Assembly: GCA_963755915.1 (NCBI GenBank)
Contig: CAVWLP010000003.1
Coordinates: 544,001 to 608,000 of the forward strand
Direction of reading: 5' to 3'
Length of the DNA: 64,000 nt
Source: an uncultured Phycisphaerales bacterium
GTDB lineage: Bacteria; Planctomycetota; Phycisphaerae; Tepidisphaerales; Tepidisphaeraceae
In this document: positions 31,442 to 40,915 of the stretch, in pieces
How positions within the stretch are numbered: the stretch's first letter is position 1
Layout: each line of letters begins with the position of its first letter
Notes under the pieces: model-generated
Told to the model about the DNA's origin: nothing
Databases searched by the model: none
The model's input: the letters and a program-made list of their open reading frames with translations, nothing else
Made by a program: the position numbers and the translations under genes

Positions 31442-32176
31442 ATGAAATCAGAGCGGCGGCGCGAACTCAGACAAAATGCTCTCATCTGGCACCTTCAGGG
31501 CCTGCCCGAAAAGATCAAGCAATATCAGTCGCAGATTTCCCTCGTCCTCATCGTCATCGCGCTGGGAATCGTCCTGATCCAATATCGAATGCGAACCGCC
31601 CAGGAAAGGCTCGAGGCGGCGCAGGGAGCCGTCGCGCTGGCCACGCAGGACCTCGATCAGCTTCGCGGCACGCTTGGGCCCTTCCGCGACTCCGCAATGG
31701 CAATGAGACAGCGCGAAGATTGGTACGCCGACGGAATTCAGCAGACCGAAGACGCCCTCCAGAAGGCCCCCGACAGCCAGCGCTATTTGAAAGCCCATGC
31801 GCTGCTGATGAAGGGCGACTTGAGTTTCGAGATGTCAAACCTGCCCGAGCTCCCCGGCGCCAGCACCCAGCCGGCCCTGCGGCCCGCGGAGTCGGTGGAC
31901 GATCTCCTCAGCGCCGCCAGCGACGCCTATTCGCAAGCCCTGCAAACGTATCCCGATATTCCCACCGTAGCAGTAGCGGCACGATTCGGACTGGCGGCCG
32001 TCGCCGAAAATCAGTCGAATTGGGATGCGGCGCGACAACAGTATCAGGCCATCATCAGCAGTGATGCATCGCAGCCGTATAAGGATTATGCGAAGAAGAG
32101 AATGGATTTGCTGGGGCAATTGGAAAAGCCCGCGGCGGTCGATTTTTCCGCGAGCACGCAACCGACAACAAGATAA
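31442..32176 (+). CDS. Membrane-anchored TPR protein (YfgM-like)
   Basis: MKSERRRELRQNAL, single TM, TPR-like AARFGLAAVAENQSNWDAARQQY. Confidence 0.65.
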   Translation: MKSERRRELRQNALIWHLQGLPEKIKQYQSQISLVLIVIALGIVLIQYRMRTAQERLEAAQGAVALATQDLDQLRGTLGPFRDSAMAMRQREDWYADGIQQTEDALQKAPDSQRYLKAHALLMKGDLSFEMSNLPELPGASTQPALRPAESVDDLLSAASDAYSQALQTYPDIPTVAVAARFGLAAVAENQSNWDAARQQYQAIISSDASQPYKDYAKKRMDLLGQLEKPAAVDFSASTQPTTR

Positions 32177-32230
32177 TTGTTTAGCCGCGACCCGCAGGGA
32201 AGCGCTCCCCTTCGGGTCGCGGCTAAACAA
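32177..32230. repeat. Inverted doublet of REP-like repeat family A (REPIN-like) upstream of RAYT
   Basis: TTGTTTAGCCGCGACCCGCAGGGAAGCGCTCCCCTTCGGGTCGCGGCTAAACAA, near-perfect 54-bp palindrome. Confidence 0.92.
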
Positions 32231-32250
32231 AACAGGTTATCATTGTCGTC

Positions 32251-32838
32251 ATGGTGATCGGTTATCACGTCATCTTTTCGACGTACGGATTCTGGTTACC
32301 CAATGACCCGCGCGGCTCCTGGTCAGAATTCATCGGCAAATGGGAACTTCTCCGATTTGGCCCCGCGACCAAAACAAATGTTCGGAAGTCGGTAGCCCGC
32401 GTCCAGCACGACTCCGCCCGCCGCACTGCAGCCAAGGCCATGCTTCGGTATCCACCAGTAATGTTAACCGGAATTCAAGCCCGCGCGGCTGGCCGCGGTT
32501 TCACCCGATACGTCGAAAAATCGGGATTAAAAGTGTACGCCTGCTCGATAATGCCTCAGCACGTACACATGGTCGTCGGCCGCCTCTCGTTCGACGTTGA
32601 ATACGCGGTAAATCAGTTGAAGGGCTCCGCAACTCGGCAGCTTCGCGCCGAGAAAATCCATCCACCGTCGGCATGCTGGGTTCGCGGACATTGGAGGGTG
32701 TTTCTCAACACACTCCATGATATAGAACGTGCTATACAGTACGTCGAACGAAACCCCGAAAAGGATGGTTTACCCCCCCAACGGTGGCCCTTCGTCCAAT
32801 TGTTTAGCCGCGACCCGCAGGGGAGCGTTCCCCGATGA
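32251..32838 (+). CDS. rayT: REP-associated tyrosine transposase (RAYT/TnpA-REP, Y1 HUH family)
   Basis: YHVIFSTYGFWLP, HUH motif IMPQHVHMVV, catalytic Tyr in AIQYVERNP; flanked by palindromic repeats; no tnpB. Confidence 0.85.
   Translation: MVIGYHVIFSTYGFWLPNDPRGSWSEFIGKWELLRFGPATKTNVRKSVARVQHDSARRTAAKAMLRYPPVMLTGIQARAAGRGFTRYVEKSGLKVYACSIMPQHVHMVVGRLSFDVEYAVNQLKGSATRQLRAEKIHPPSACWVRGHWRVFLNTLHDIERAIQYVERNPEKDGLPPQRWPFVQLFSRDPQGSVPR
32800..32827 (+). repeat. REP-like repeat family A overlapping the RAYT 3' end
   Basis: TTGTTTAGCCGCGACCCGCAGGGGAGCG. Confidence 0.9.
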
Positions 32839-33884
32839 CTGACGAAAGCGCCAACCCCGACGAGGCCATCAACCCAGAAGAATCCGACATCCTCCACTTC
32901 CAATTCCGCGCCACCAAAACCCAGGTCCGGCGCATCGACCAGTTCCTCGTCGATCGCGTCCCCTGGCTCTCCCGCAACGGCGTCCAAAAACTCATCGACA
33001 ACGACCTCGTCACCGTCAACGGCAAGCCCACAAAAGCCAGCTACAAGATCAAAGCCGGTGATTTTGTCCAAATGGTCGCCCCGCCCGAGCCCGTCAATGA
33101 TCTGATCCCCGAGGCGATTCCCCTGGAGATCATTTACGAGGACGAGCATTTCCTGGCGCTCAACAAACAAGCCGATCTGATGGTCCACCCCGCCCGCGGC
33201 AAATGGACCGGAACGCTCGTCAACGGCCTGGTCCATTACGGACAAAAATGGAGCACAATCAACGGCGAGTGGCGGCCGGGAATTCTGCACCGGCTCGACC
33301 GCAACACCACCGGAATCATGCTCGTCGCCAAGAGCGACGAAGCCCACTGGCGCATCGCCCGGCAGTTCGAGAGACGAACGATTCAAAAGAAATACCTTGC
33401 CATCGTGCACGGCACCCCCGAGCTCCTTTCAGACGTGATCAACATGCCCATCGGCAAGGACCGCTATGTCCGCGAAAAGCAGGCCGTGCGTAAGGTCGAA
33501 AACGGCGGCAAGGAGGCGGTAACGATTTATGAGGTGCAACGGGTTTTTGGCAACCCGCCGGGCCATTCGCTGAAGCCGAGTTCGTTTGCGGTCGATCAGA
33601 AACTCCCACCGCCCCCCCAGCGTTTTTCGCTAGTCAAACTTTCGCCCAAAACAGGCCGAACCCATCAGTTACGCGTTCACATGTCCGCCCTCGGTTGTCC
33701 CATCGTGGGCGACACCATGTATGGCGGCCGCATTTTCGAGGCCCAGGGCTTCCAAATGCAGCGGCAGGCCCTGCATGCCCATGAAATCACCTTCATGCAC
33801 CCCGGAACACTCAAGGAAATGACGCTGACGGCGCCGATTCCGCAGGATATGCGGACCCTTCTGGAAATGCTGGAAAATTTGTGA
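32835..33884 (+). CDS. rluD: 23S rRNA pseudouridine synthase (RluD/RluA family)
   Basis: S4 domain, RPGILHRLDRNTTG, TGRTHQLRVH, IVGDTMYG, QALHA. Confidence 0.92.
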   Translation: MTDESANPDEAINPEESDILHFQFRATKTQVRRIDQFLVDRVPWLSRNGVQKLIDNDLVTVNGKPTKASYKIKAGDFVQMVAPPEPVNDLIPEAIPLEIIYEDEHFLALNKQADLMVHPARGKWTGTLVNGLVHYGQKWSTINGEWRPGILHRLDRNTTGIMLVAKSDEAHWRIARQFERRTIQKKYLAIVHGTPELLSDVINMPIGKDRYVREKQAVRKVENGGKEAVTIYEVQRVFGNPPGHSLKPSSFAVDQKLPPPPQRFSLVKLSPKTGRTHQLRVHMSALGCPIVGDTMYGGRIFEAQGFQMQRQALHAHEITFMHPGTLKEMTLTAPIPQDMRTLLEMLENL

Positions 33885-33959
33885 TGGCCCTTAGTTTCCG
33901 CCCGAAAAAGACATATAATATTGTGTGGTTCTGTCCGTTATGCCTTAAACGAGGATCGA

Positions 33960-34262
33960 ATGCATCTTGCTCTGGCTAATATCCTGGGACCGTATCTTGA
34001 TAACTGGATTCTCATCGCCATCGTGGCGCTGCTGTTGTTTGGCAAGCGTCTTCCGGAAGTGGGACGAAGTCTTGGCAAGGGCATTGTGGAGTTTAAAAAA
34101 GGTCTCGCCGGGATCGAAGAAGATGTGACCCAGTCGATGGATCAGGCGGGAAGCAATCGGACGGCTCTGCCGACTAGCTCCAACACGAACACGGCTGGAT
34201 ACAAGTTTGACCCGTACACCGGCAAGCCAATCGGCCAGCAGGAACCTGCGCGGCGCAGATGA
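33960..34262 (+). CDS. tatA: Twin-arginine translocase TatA/E
   Basis: LLLFGKRLPEVGRSLGKGIVEFKKGL. Confidence 0.92.
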   Translation: MHLALANILGPYLDNWILIAIVALLLFGKRLPEVGRSLGKGIVEFKKGLAGIEEDVTQSMDQAGSNRTALPTSSNTNTAGYKFDPYTGKPIGQQEPARRR

Positions 34263-34330
34263 GGTTCGATCCATATACGGGTAAGCCAATCGGAGAGCAG
34301 CAGTCGACCACGACCAATCAGTGAGCCGCC

Positions 34331-35062
34331 ATGCGAAAGGAACTCTTGCCTTCGCGATTCGCTCGAGCCGCCGGCGCCGCGGTGGTGGCGCTGGTACTGG
34401 CAGTATCCATCAATTGCACTTACGGAGCGGTCAATCAGCGGGCCCTGCTTGCCCAGCGTCTGCCCGCCGCAAAGCTCGATAACATTCCATTTTCCGATGC
34501 GATCGATTTTCTGCGCGACATCGCCGGCGTGAATATCCACGTCGACTGGAAGACGCTCCAAGCGGCGAACATCACCAAAGACACCCTAATCAATCTCAAC
34601 CTTCACGATGTCTCAGCCCAGAAGGTTTTGAACCTGATTCTCACCGAAGCCGGGCCCGGCGATGTGCTGACCTATTACATTGACGAAAACGTGATCGAGA
34701 TCACCACCCGCGCCCAGGCGGATTCGCAGATGATTACCGTGGTCTATTACGTGCAGGACCTCTTGCAGCCCAACCCGTCGTTTAATTACACGATCTCAAA
34801 CATCAACAGCGGCTCGGCACAGGTGACCGGCGGCGGAGGCGGCGGCGGAGGCCAGTCCCTGACGACCGGCCAGAACGGCCAGCAGACCCAGACGGCCGAG
34901 CAGGTCGGCCAAAACCTCATCAAGCTCATCGAAACCGTCGTGCGCCCGGAAATCTGGCGTGACAACGGCGGCCAGGCAACGATGGATATCTGGAACGGGA
35001 ACCTGATCGTAACGGCGCCAAGGTCCGTGCAGGAATTGATCGGCGGGCCTGTTGATCAATGA
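34331..35062 (+). CDS. Secreted protein with STN/secretin-N-like domains
   Basis: Signal peptide; IPFSDAIDFLR, VYYVQDLL, LIKLIETVVRPEIW...NLIVTAP. Confidence 0.6.
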   Translation: MRKELLPSRFARAAGAAVVALVLAVSINCTYGAVNQRALLAQRLPAAKLDNIPFSDAIDFLRDIAGVNIHVDWKTLQAANITKDTLINLNLHDVSAQKVLNLILTEAGPGDVLTYYIDENVIEITTRAQADSQMITVVYYVQDLLQPNPSFNYTISNINSGSAQVTGGGGGGGGQSLTTGQNGQQTQTAEQVGQNLIKLIETVVRPEIWRDNGGQATMDIWNGNLIVTAPRSVQELIGGPVDQ

Positions 35063-35066
35063 AAAT

Positions 35067-35169
35067 TGCCACAGATCGAAATCAGATTCACACAGATAAA
35101 ACTCTAAATCGCGCTTCGAAGCTCGGATTTGCGGATTTATCTGCGTGCATCTGCCTTTGATCTCTGGCA
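35067..35169. repeat. MITE-like element with 34-bp imperfect inverted repeats
   Basis: 35067-35100 TGCCACAGATCGAAATCAGATTCACACAGATAAA matches the reverse complement of 35136-35169 with 6 mismatches. Confidence 0.65.
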
Positions 35170-35179
35170 GATTTATCTT

Positions 35180-35989
35180 ATGGCTACTGAATTGGCAATC
35201 GTCGGCGCCGGGGTAATGGCGGAGGCAATCGCACGCGGGATCATTTCGGGAAAAAAACTGAAGCCCTCGCAAATGATCGCCGCCGATGTTTCGGCGCAGC
35301 GCAGGGAACTCTTTACGTCAGAGCTGGCAATCGCGGCCGTAGAGAAAAGTGCCGAGGCAGTAAAAGGCGCGCGAATGGTTTTGCTGTGCGTCAAGCCCTA
35401 CCAGATGCAGGAAGTCTTAGGCGAAATCGCGGGGAATCTCGGGTCAGCGGCACTGGTGATTTCCATCGCCGCCGGGATCAGCACGGCGTTTATCGAGAAG
35501 GCACTGGGCGGCAAACCGCGGCGAGTGGTGCGGGCCATGCCCAATACGCCGATGCTCGTTGGCGCGGGAATGGTGGCGATCGCCGCCGGGCCGAACGCGA
35601 AAGCCGAAGATTTAGCTACCGCCCGCGGACTCTTTGAATCCAGCGCCAAGGTGATCGAGGTAACTGAAGAGAAGATCGACGCCGTGACGGCCGTCAGCGG
35701 CTCCGGACCCGCCTATTTTTTCTTTCTGACGGAGCAATTGATCGCCGCGGGAACCCAGATGGGCCTGACCGCCGAAGAAGCGCGAACATTAGCGATTCAG
35801 ACTGCCGTCGGGGCCGCCAAGATCATGGGGGCATCCGATGATTCCCCGGCCGAGCAGCGTCGCCTGGTAACGACGCCCAACGGCACCACGCACGCAGCGA
35901 TTACACAAATGGAGTCGCAAAGATGGCCGGAAATTACGATTGACGCGTTGAAGGCTGCACAGAGGCGGAGCCGCGAATTGGGGAAGTAG
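35180..35989 (+). CDS. proC: Pyrroline-5-carboxylate reductase
   Basis: GAGVMA, ISIAAG, RAMPNTP, AVSGSGPAY, VTTPNGTT. Confidence 0.96.
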   Translation: MATELAIVGAGVMAEAIARGIISGKKLKPSQMIAADVSAQRRELFTSELAIAAVEKSAEAVKGARMVLLCVKPYQMQEVLGEIAGNLGSAALVISIAAGISTAFIEKALGGKPRRVVRAMPNTPMLVGAGMVAIAAGPNAKAEDLATARGLFESSAKVIEVTEEKIDAVTAVSGSGPAYFFFLTEQLIAAGTQMGLTAEEARTLAIQTAVGAAKIMGASDDSPAEQRRLVTTPNGTTHAAITQMESQRWPEITIDALKAAQRRSRELGK

Positions 35990-36027
35990 GCTCTAAACAG
36001 GCACCCGCGATTTGCAACATCTCTCCC

Positions 36028-36054
36028 GTTTAGCCGCGACCCGAAGGGGAGCGC
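36028..36054 (+). repeat. REP-like repeat family A (single copy)
   Basis: GTTTAGCCGCGACCCGAAGGGGAGCGC downstream of proC. Confidence 0.88.
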
Positions 36055-36098
36055 TTTTCCCGTTCTTGAGCAATCGTGGTCCCCACCTCCGCCGATCT

Positions 36099-36323
36099 TC
36101 AATTCATCCCACACGGCCCCGGCCCCCCGCACCGCCCGCACATCCCAGGTTCGGAAGCCGCAGACTTACTCGTTTCCGAAGCAACGGCAAAAACACTCAG
36201 GTTGCGCGAAGTTTGTTTCGACCCGCATTTAGGGCAATCAATCTTTTCTGAATTGGACATCGACTTAACCAGTCGCTCGAACCGGCTATCGCACGACTTG
36301 CAGGTGTATTCGTAGATGGGCAT
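36099..36323 (-). CDS. FmdB-family zinc-ribbon protein
   Basis: MPIYEYTCKSC...CPKCGS...CGRCGGPGPC. Confidence 0.88.
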   Translation of the reverse strand: MPIYEYTCKSCDSRFERLVKSMSNSEKIDCPKCGSKQTSRNLSVFAVASETSKSAASEPGMCGRCGGPGPCGMN

Positions 36324-36369
36324 CCCAAGATTGTAGCCGACATCCTCCCAAATTCTCTACTCAGCCGTT

Positions 36370-37827
36370 CTACTTCAATTGGCAATCGGCAATCGCTATT
36401 CCCTCACCCCCCCCACTCCCCACAATATCCGCCTGCGGCTGCGTCATCCGCATCGGGTCGAGCGCCTTTTTGAGATCGGCATCGCTGAGCACCTTCTTTT
36501 CCATCGCAACCTGCCTGACCGTCTTACCCGTCTTCAAGCTCTCCTTGGCGATCTCAGCCGCCTTGTCGTACCCAATCAGCGGCGCCAGACTCGTGCACAT
36601 GGCCAGCGACTGCTCCACAAGCGCCGCGCACCGCTCCGCGTTCGCCTCAATGCCTGACACGCACCGATCCGCGAAAACCCGCGCCGCGCGCGAAAGCAGA
36701 TCGATCGATTGCAGAAGGTTGAACGCCATCACCGGCATCATGACGTTCAGCTCAAACGTGCTTCCGATCGCCGCGGCAAACCCAATCGTCGCATCCTCGC
36801 CGATCACCTGCGCCGCCACCTGCAGCACCATTTCGCTCATCACCGGATTCACCTTCCCCGGCATGATGCTGCTCCCGGGCTGCGTAGCTGGAATCGATAT
36901 CTCCCCCAACCCGCATCGCGGCCCGCTCGCCAGCCAGCGGATATCGTTGGCGATTTTCGTCAGGCTCACCGCGATCGTTTTCAGCAACCCGCTCGTTTCC
37001 ACGATGGCGTCCTTAGCCGCCTGGCATTCGAAATGGTTCTGCGTCTCCGACGAATTCGATCCCGGTTTTCTGCGCAATGATGGCCGCCGCTTTGGAAGCA
37101 AACTGCGGATGCGAATTGATCCCCGTCCCCACGGCAGTTCCCCCCAGCGGAAGCTCCCGCAGCGCGTGAATCGCCTTCATGCACCGGACCGCGCCCAGTT
37201 TGGCCTGGTGCGCGTAACCCCCCAGTTCCTGTCCAAGGCGGATGGGCGTCGCGTCCTGCAGATGCGTCCGGCCGATTTTCACGATCGAGTTAAACTGGTC
37301 CGATTTGTTTTGCAGAGCACACGCCAAATGCTCCAGCGCCGGCATGAGCGACTCTTTGATCGCCATCGCAGCGCCGACGTGCATCGCCGTCGGAATCACA
37401 TCGTTGGAGCTTTGCTGCATGTTGACGTGATCGTTGGGATGGATCGGCTCCTTGCCCCCCCGATTTCCCGTCGCCAGCTCATTCGCCCGCGAGGCGATCA
37501 CCTCGTTGGCGTTCATGTTTGTCGAAGTGCCCGACCCAGTCTGGAAAATGTCGACGACAAACTCCGAATCGAGCTTCCCATCGATCACTTCCTGCGCGGC
37601 CTGCTTGATCAGTTTCGATTTGGGCTCGTCCAGAAGATTCAAATCGCGATTGACCTCGCGCACGACCATTTAATCAGACCCAATGCCGCGATGAATCGCC
37701 GCGAAAATCGCAGATTCGAAATGGGAAAATTCTCCACGGCCCGCGCCGTTTGTGCCCCGTAATAGGCGTCCGCCGGGACGCGCATCTCGCCCATGGAATC
37801 TTTTTCGAGTCGGGTGGATTCGGGCAT
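36370..37827 (-). CDS. fumC: Class II fumarate hydratase (frameshifts near 37670 and 37015; true stop possibly 36404)
   Basis: DSMG...[51 protein letters not shown], spread over three frames. Confidence 0.93.
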
Positions 37828-37842
37828 GGGACCTCCTTGCGA

Positions 37843-39953
37843 TTATCTCGCGGCGAATTTCTCCAACTCCACCGCCACGCGCTCCACCACTTCGTTGTAA
37901 TCGCCAAACGTACTCTGGCGGAACAGCCGCACCGAGGGATACCACAGGCTCGTGTCCCCTTGAAGCAGCCAGCGGAAATCCGGCGTGAACTGAAGGAAAG
38001 CCCAAACCGGCAGCGACATCGCCCCGGCAAGATGCACAATCGCCGTATCAACGGTAATGATCAAATCGAGATTCGGAATCATCGCCGTCGTATCGGCAAA
38101 ATCGCCGATCATCGGCGTGAAGTCGATCAGGTTCATCCCCTTTGGCGGATCCGCAATCTGCTGGGCCGGAGGGCCGAACTGGAGATTGTAAAAATCAGCA
38201 TCCACGCGCGTCAGCGGCGCAAAGCTCTTTAGCGTGATCGACCGGTGCCGGTCGTTTTTGTTGGTCTTACTCCCCGCCCAGGCGATCCCGATCTTCAGCT
38301 TCCCGCCCGGCGTAAAGCGCGTCCGCCACTGGTCCGCCAGGGACGGATTGGGCTTGATGTAAGGCGGCTGCACCACGTCATGATCAACCGCGGGATTCAG
38401 CTTCCCGAGCAGCCAAGGAAGGCTCATCAGCGGAATGTGCATGTCGAACGGAATCTTCGGACCCGCCTTCGATTCGCGCGGAACGATCTCGATCCCAGCC
38501 AGAATATCCGTCTGCTTAAAGAGCCGAACGAGCTCCCCCTGCACTTCCAGGATGATCTTGCCCCCCTTTCTGATCACCATCGGAAGGAACCGGCAGAAGT
38601 GGATCGAATCCCCCAGCCCCTGCTCCGCATGAATCAGCAGCGTCTTGTCCTTGAAATCCGATCCATCCCACAGCGGCTTGGGAAAACGGTCCCACGAATT
38701 GAAATAGTTCGGCAGCTTCATCCGCCATTCGTATTCGCGCCACCCTTCCTCAAACCTTCCCTGCACCAGAAGCATCAGCGAAAGATCCTTGTGTGCCTCG
38801 GGGAAATCGTGACGCAGCTCGATGGCCTTGTGGCACTCCCCGATCGCCTCGTCGTATCGCCCGGCCAGGTGCAGCGCGGTCCCCAGGTTGATGTGCGCCT
38901 CTTCCATGTTCGGCTGCATTTCCACGGCCTTCTGGCATATCTCGATCGATTCCTGCACCCGCCCAAGCCCGCGCAGCGCATTGCCCAGATTTCCGTACGC
39001 CTTGGCGAAGACAGGCCGGATTTCGATCGCCCGCCGATAAAGCGCGACGGCTTCCTCCAGCTTCCCCTGCTCCTGGTAACAGTTACCGAGGTTGTTGATG
39101 GCATCCGGATGATCCATCCGCTGCTCGAGTGCTTTCTTGAAGCACTTGATCGCCCCCTCAACATCGTTCTTCTCCTGCAGCGCGTTGCCGAGGTTGTTGT
39201 ATGCATCCGGATTGATCGGCTGAACCTCGATTGATCGCCGGCAATAGACGATCGCTTCATCAAACCGCCGTTTGCTCTGAAGGGCGTGACCGAGATTGCT
39301 CAATGCCTCGGGATAATTCGGCTTAAGTTGAAGCGCTTTCTGGTAATACTCAATCGCCTCATCGACCCTGCCCATGGCATGAAGTCCGGCGGCAAGGTTG
39401 TTGTACCCCTCGGCAAAATCCGGCTTGAAGGTGATGGCCCGGCGATGCGCCGCGACCGATTCCTCCTGCCGGCCCAGCGCGTGCAGCGCGTTGCCCAGAT
39501 TCGTATAAGCGTCCGCATATTCAGGCCGCAGCGCGATCGCCTTGCGATGATTTTCAATCGCCTCCTCAAATCGCTGCAACACAAAGCAGACACTTCCCAG
39601 GTTGATATAGGCTTCGGGAAGATTGGGATTCAGCTCGATGGCCCGCCGGCAGCAGGCGAGGGCCTCATCGTATTGCCCCATCTCCCGCAGCAGATGCCCC
39701 AGGTTGGCCAGCGCCTCCGAATAATTCGGATTCAGCTCGATCGACCGGCGGACATGCTGAACGCCTTCCTGCCGGCGTCCCATCTGGAAAAGAATGACCC
39801 CCAGCATGTGCTGCGCCGCGCAAATTCCGGATGGTTGGCGACGATCTGCCGGTAGATGTTTTCCGCCTCGCGAAGCCTGCCGGCGCGGTGGTGACCCACG
39901 GCAATGTCCATCGCCTGGGGAACGGTAACTCGTTGGGTGGTGTTGGTCTGCAT
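37843..39953 (-). CDS. TPR-repeat protein with C-terminal glycosyltransferase (GT9-like) domain (frameshift near 39820)
   Basis: Long run of TPRs (AYxNLG); EQGLGDSIHF, IGIAWAG, ITVDTAIVHLAGA, SLWYPSVRLFRQ. Confidence 0.88.
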
Positions 39954-39970
39954 GAAACTCCAAAGCAACT

Positions 39971-40722
39971 TTATTCGACGGTGTTTCCGCCGTTGACCGA
40001 TATCTTCTGCCCCGTGATGAACGCCGCCGCATCGGAAGCGAGAAACGCAACCGTTTCCCCAACTTCCTTCGGAATACCCATCCGCTTCAGCGCCGTCCGC
40101 GACGCGTAGTCTTCCATCGCGCTGGCGGCTATCCCCGCGTGGCGCTCGGTTGGAATCCATCCGGGCGAGACAATGTTAACCGTAATCCCCCACGGCCCCA
40201 ATTCGCGCGCCCACGACCGCGTGAGGCCAAGCTGAGCCCCCTTCGCCGCCACATAATCCGAAAACCGGCCCAGCCCCGCCTCAAAAACTTCCGACCCGAT
40301 CTGAATAATCCGCCCCCATTTCCGCTCTTTCATCCCGCCCAGCACCGCGCGGGTAAGGATCAGCGGGCTTTTGACAAAAAATTCGAGCTGATTCAGGCAC
40401 GATTGCCAGGTGATCTCCTCGATCGGAAGCATCGGCTGCGGACCCGTCGCGTTGATCACAAGGATATCGATCGGCCCCAGAGCTTTGCTAACCTCGCCGA
40501 TGAGACGTTCCACCTGCGATTCATCCCGGACATCGCCGCGAAAGGTCTGCGCGATGCCGCCGGTTTTGCGAATATCGGCCGCAAGCTGATCCGCCTTCTG
40601 CGGCGAAGCGAAATAATTGATCGCCACCTTAGCCCCCGCGCGGCCAGTGCCCGGGCAATGGCAGCGCCCAATCCGCGGGATGCACCCGTCACTAACGCCA
40701 CTCGGTTTTTCAGCTCGTCCAT
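39971..40722 (-). CDS. Short-chain dehydrogenase/reductase (FabG-like; frameshift near 40640)
   Basis: VTGASRGLG, YVAAK, NIVSPGWI, ITGQKISVNGG. Confidence 0.88.
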
Positions 40723-40915
40723 GCTCGCTCAATGGAAAGCCGAATCCTAGCGGCAGACCGGGCGAGGCTCAAGAATGAGAAGAAATGGGTAGTGGGTCAG
40801 TTTGATCTCGGAACGCCCACGGCGCCGCCGTGGGGAAATTTCAAAGTCGTTACTGCGCTCCAAATTGACCCATTAACAAGAAATACCCACCAAAGCCGGA
40901 AATGCGGGGCTGACG

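Noticed and set aside
32251-32838. IS200/IS605 element with TnpB/IscB and a guide RNA
   Set aside because: No tnpB or iscB is adjacent; the flanks are dispersed REP-like palindromes.
36378-36397. Short GGCAATC tandem after fumC
   Set aside because: Two to three degenerate units only; simple-sequence repeat with no further structure.
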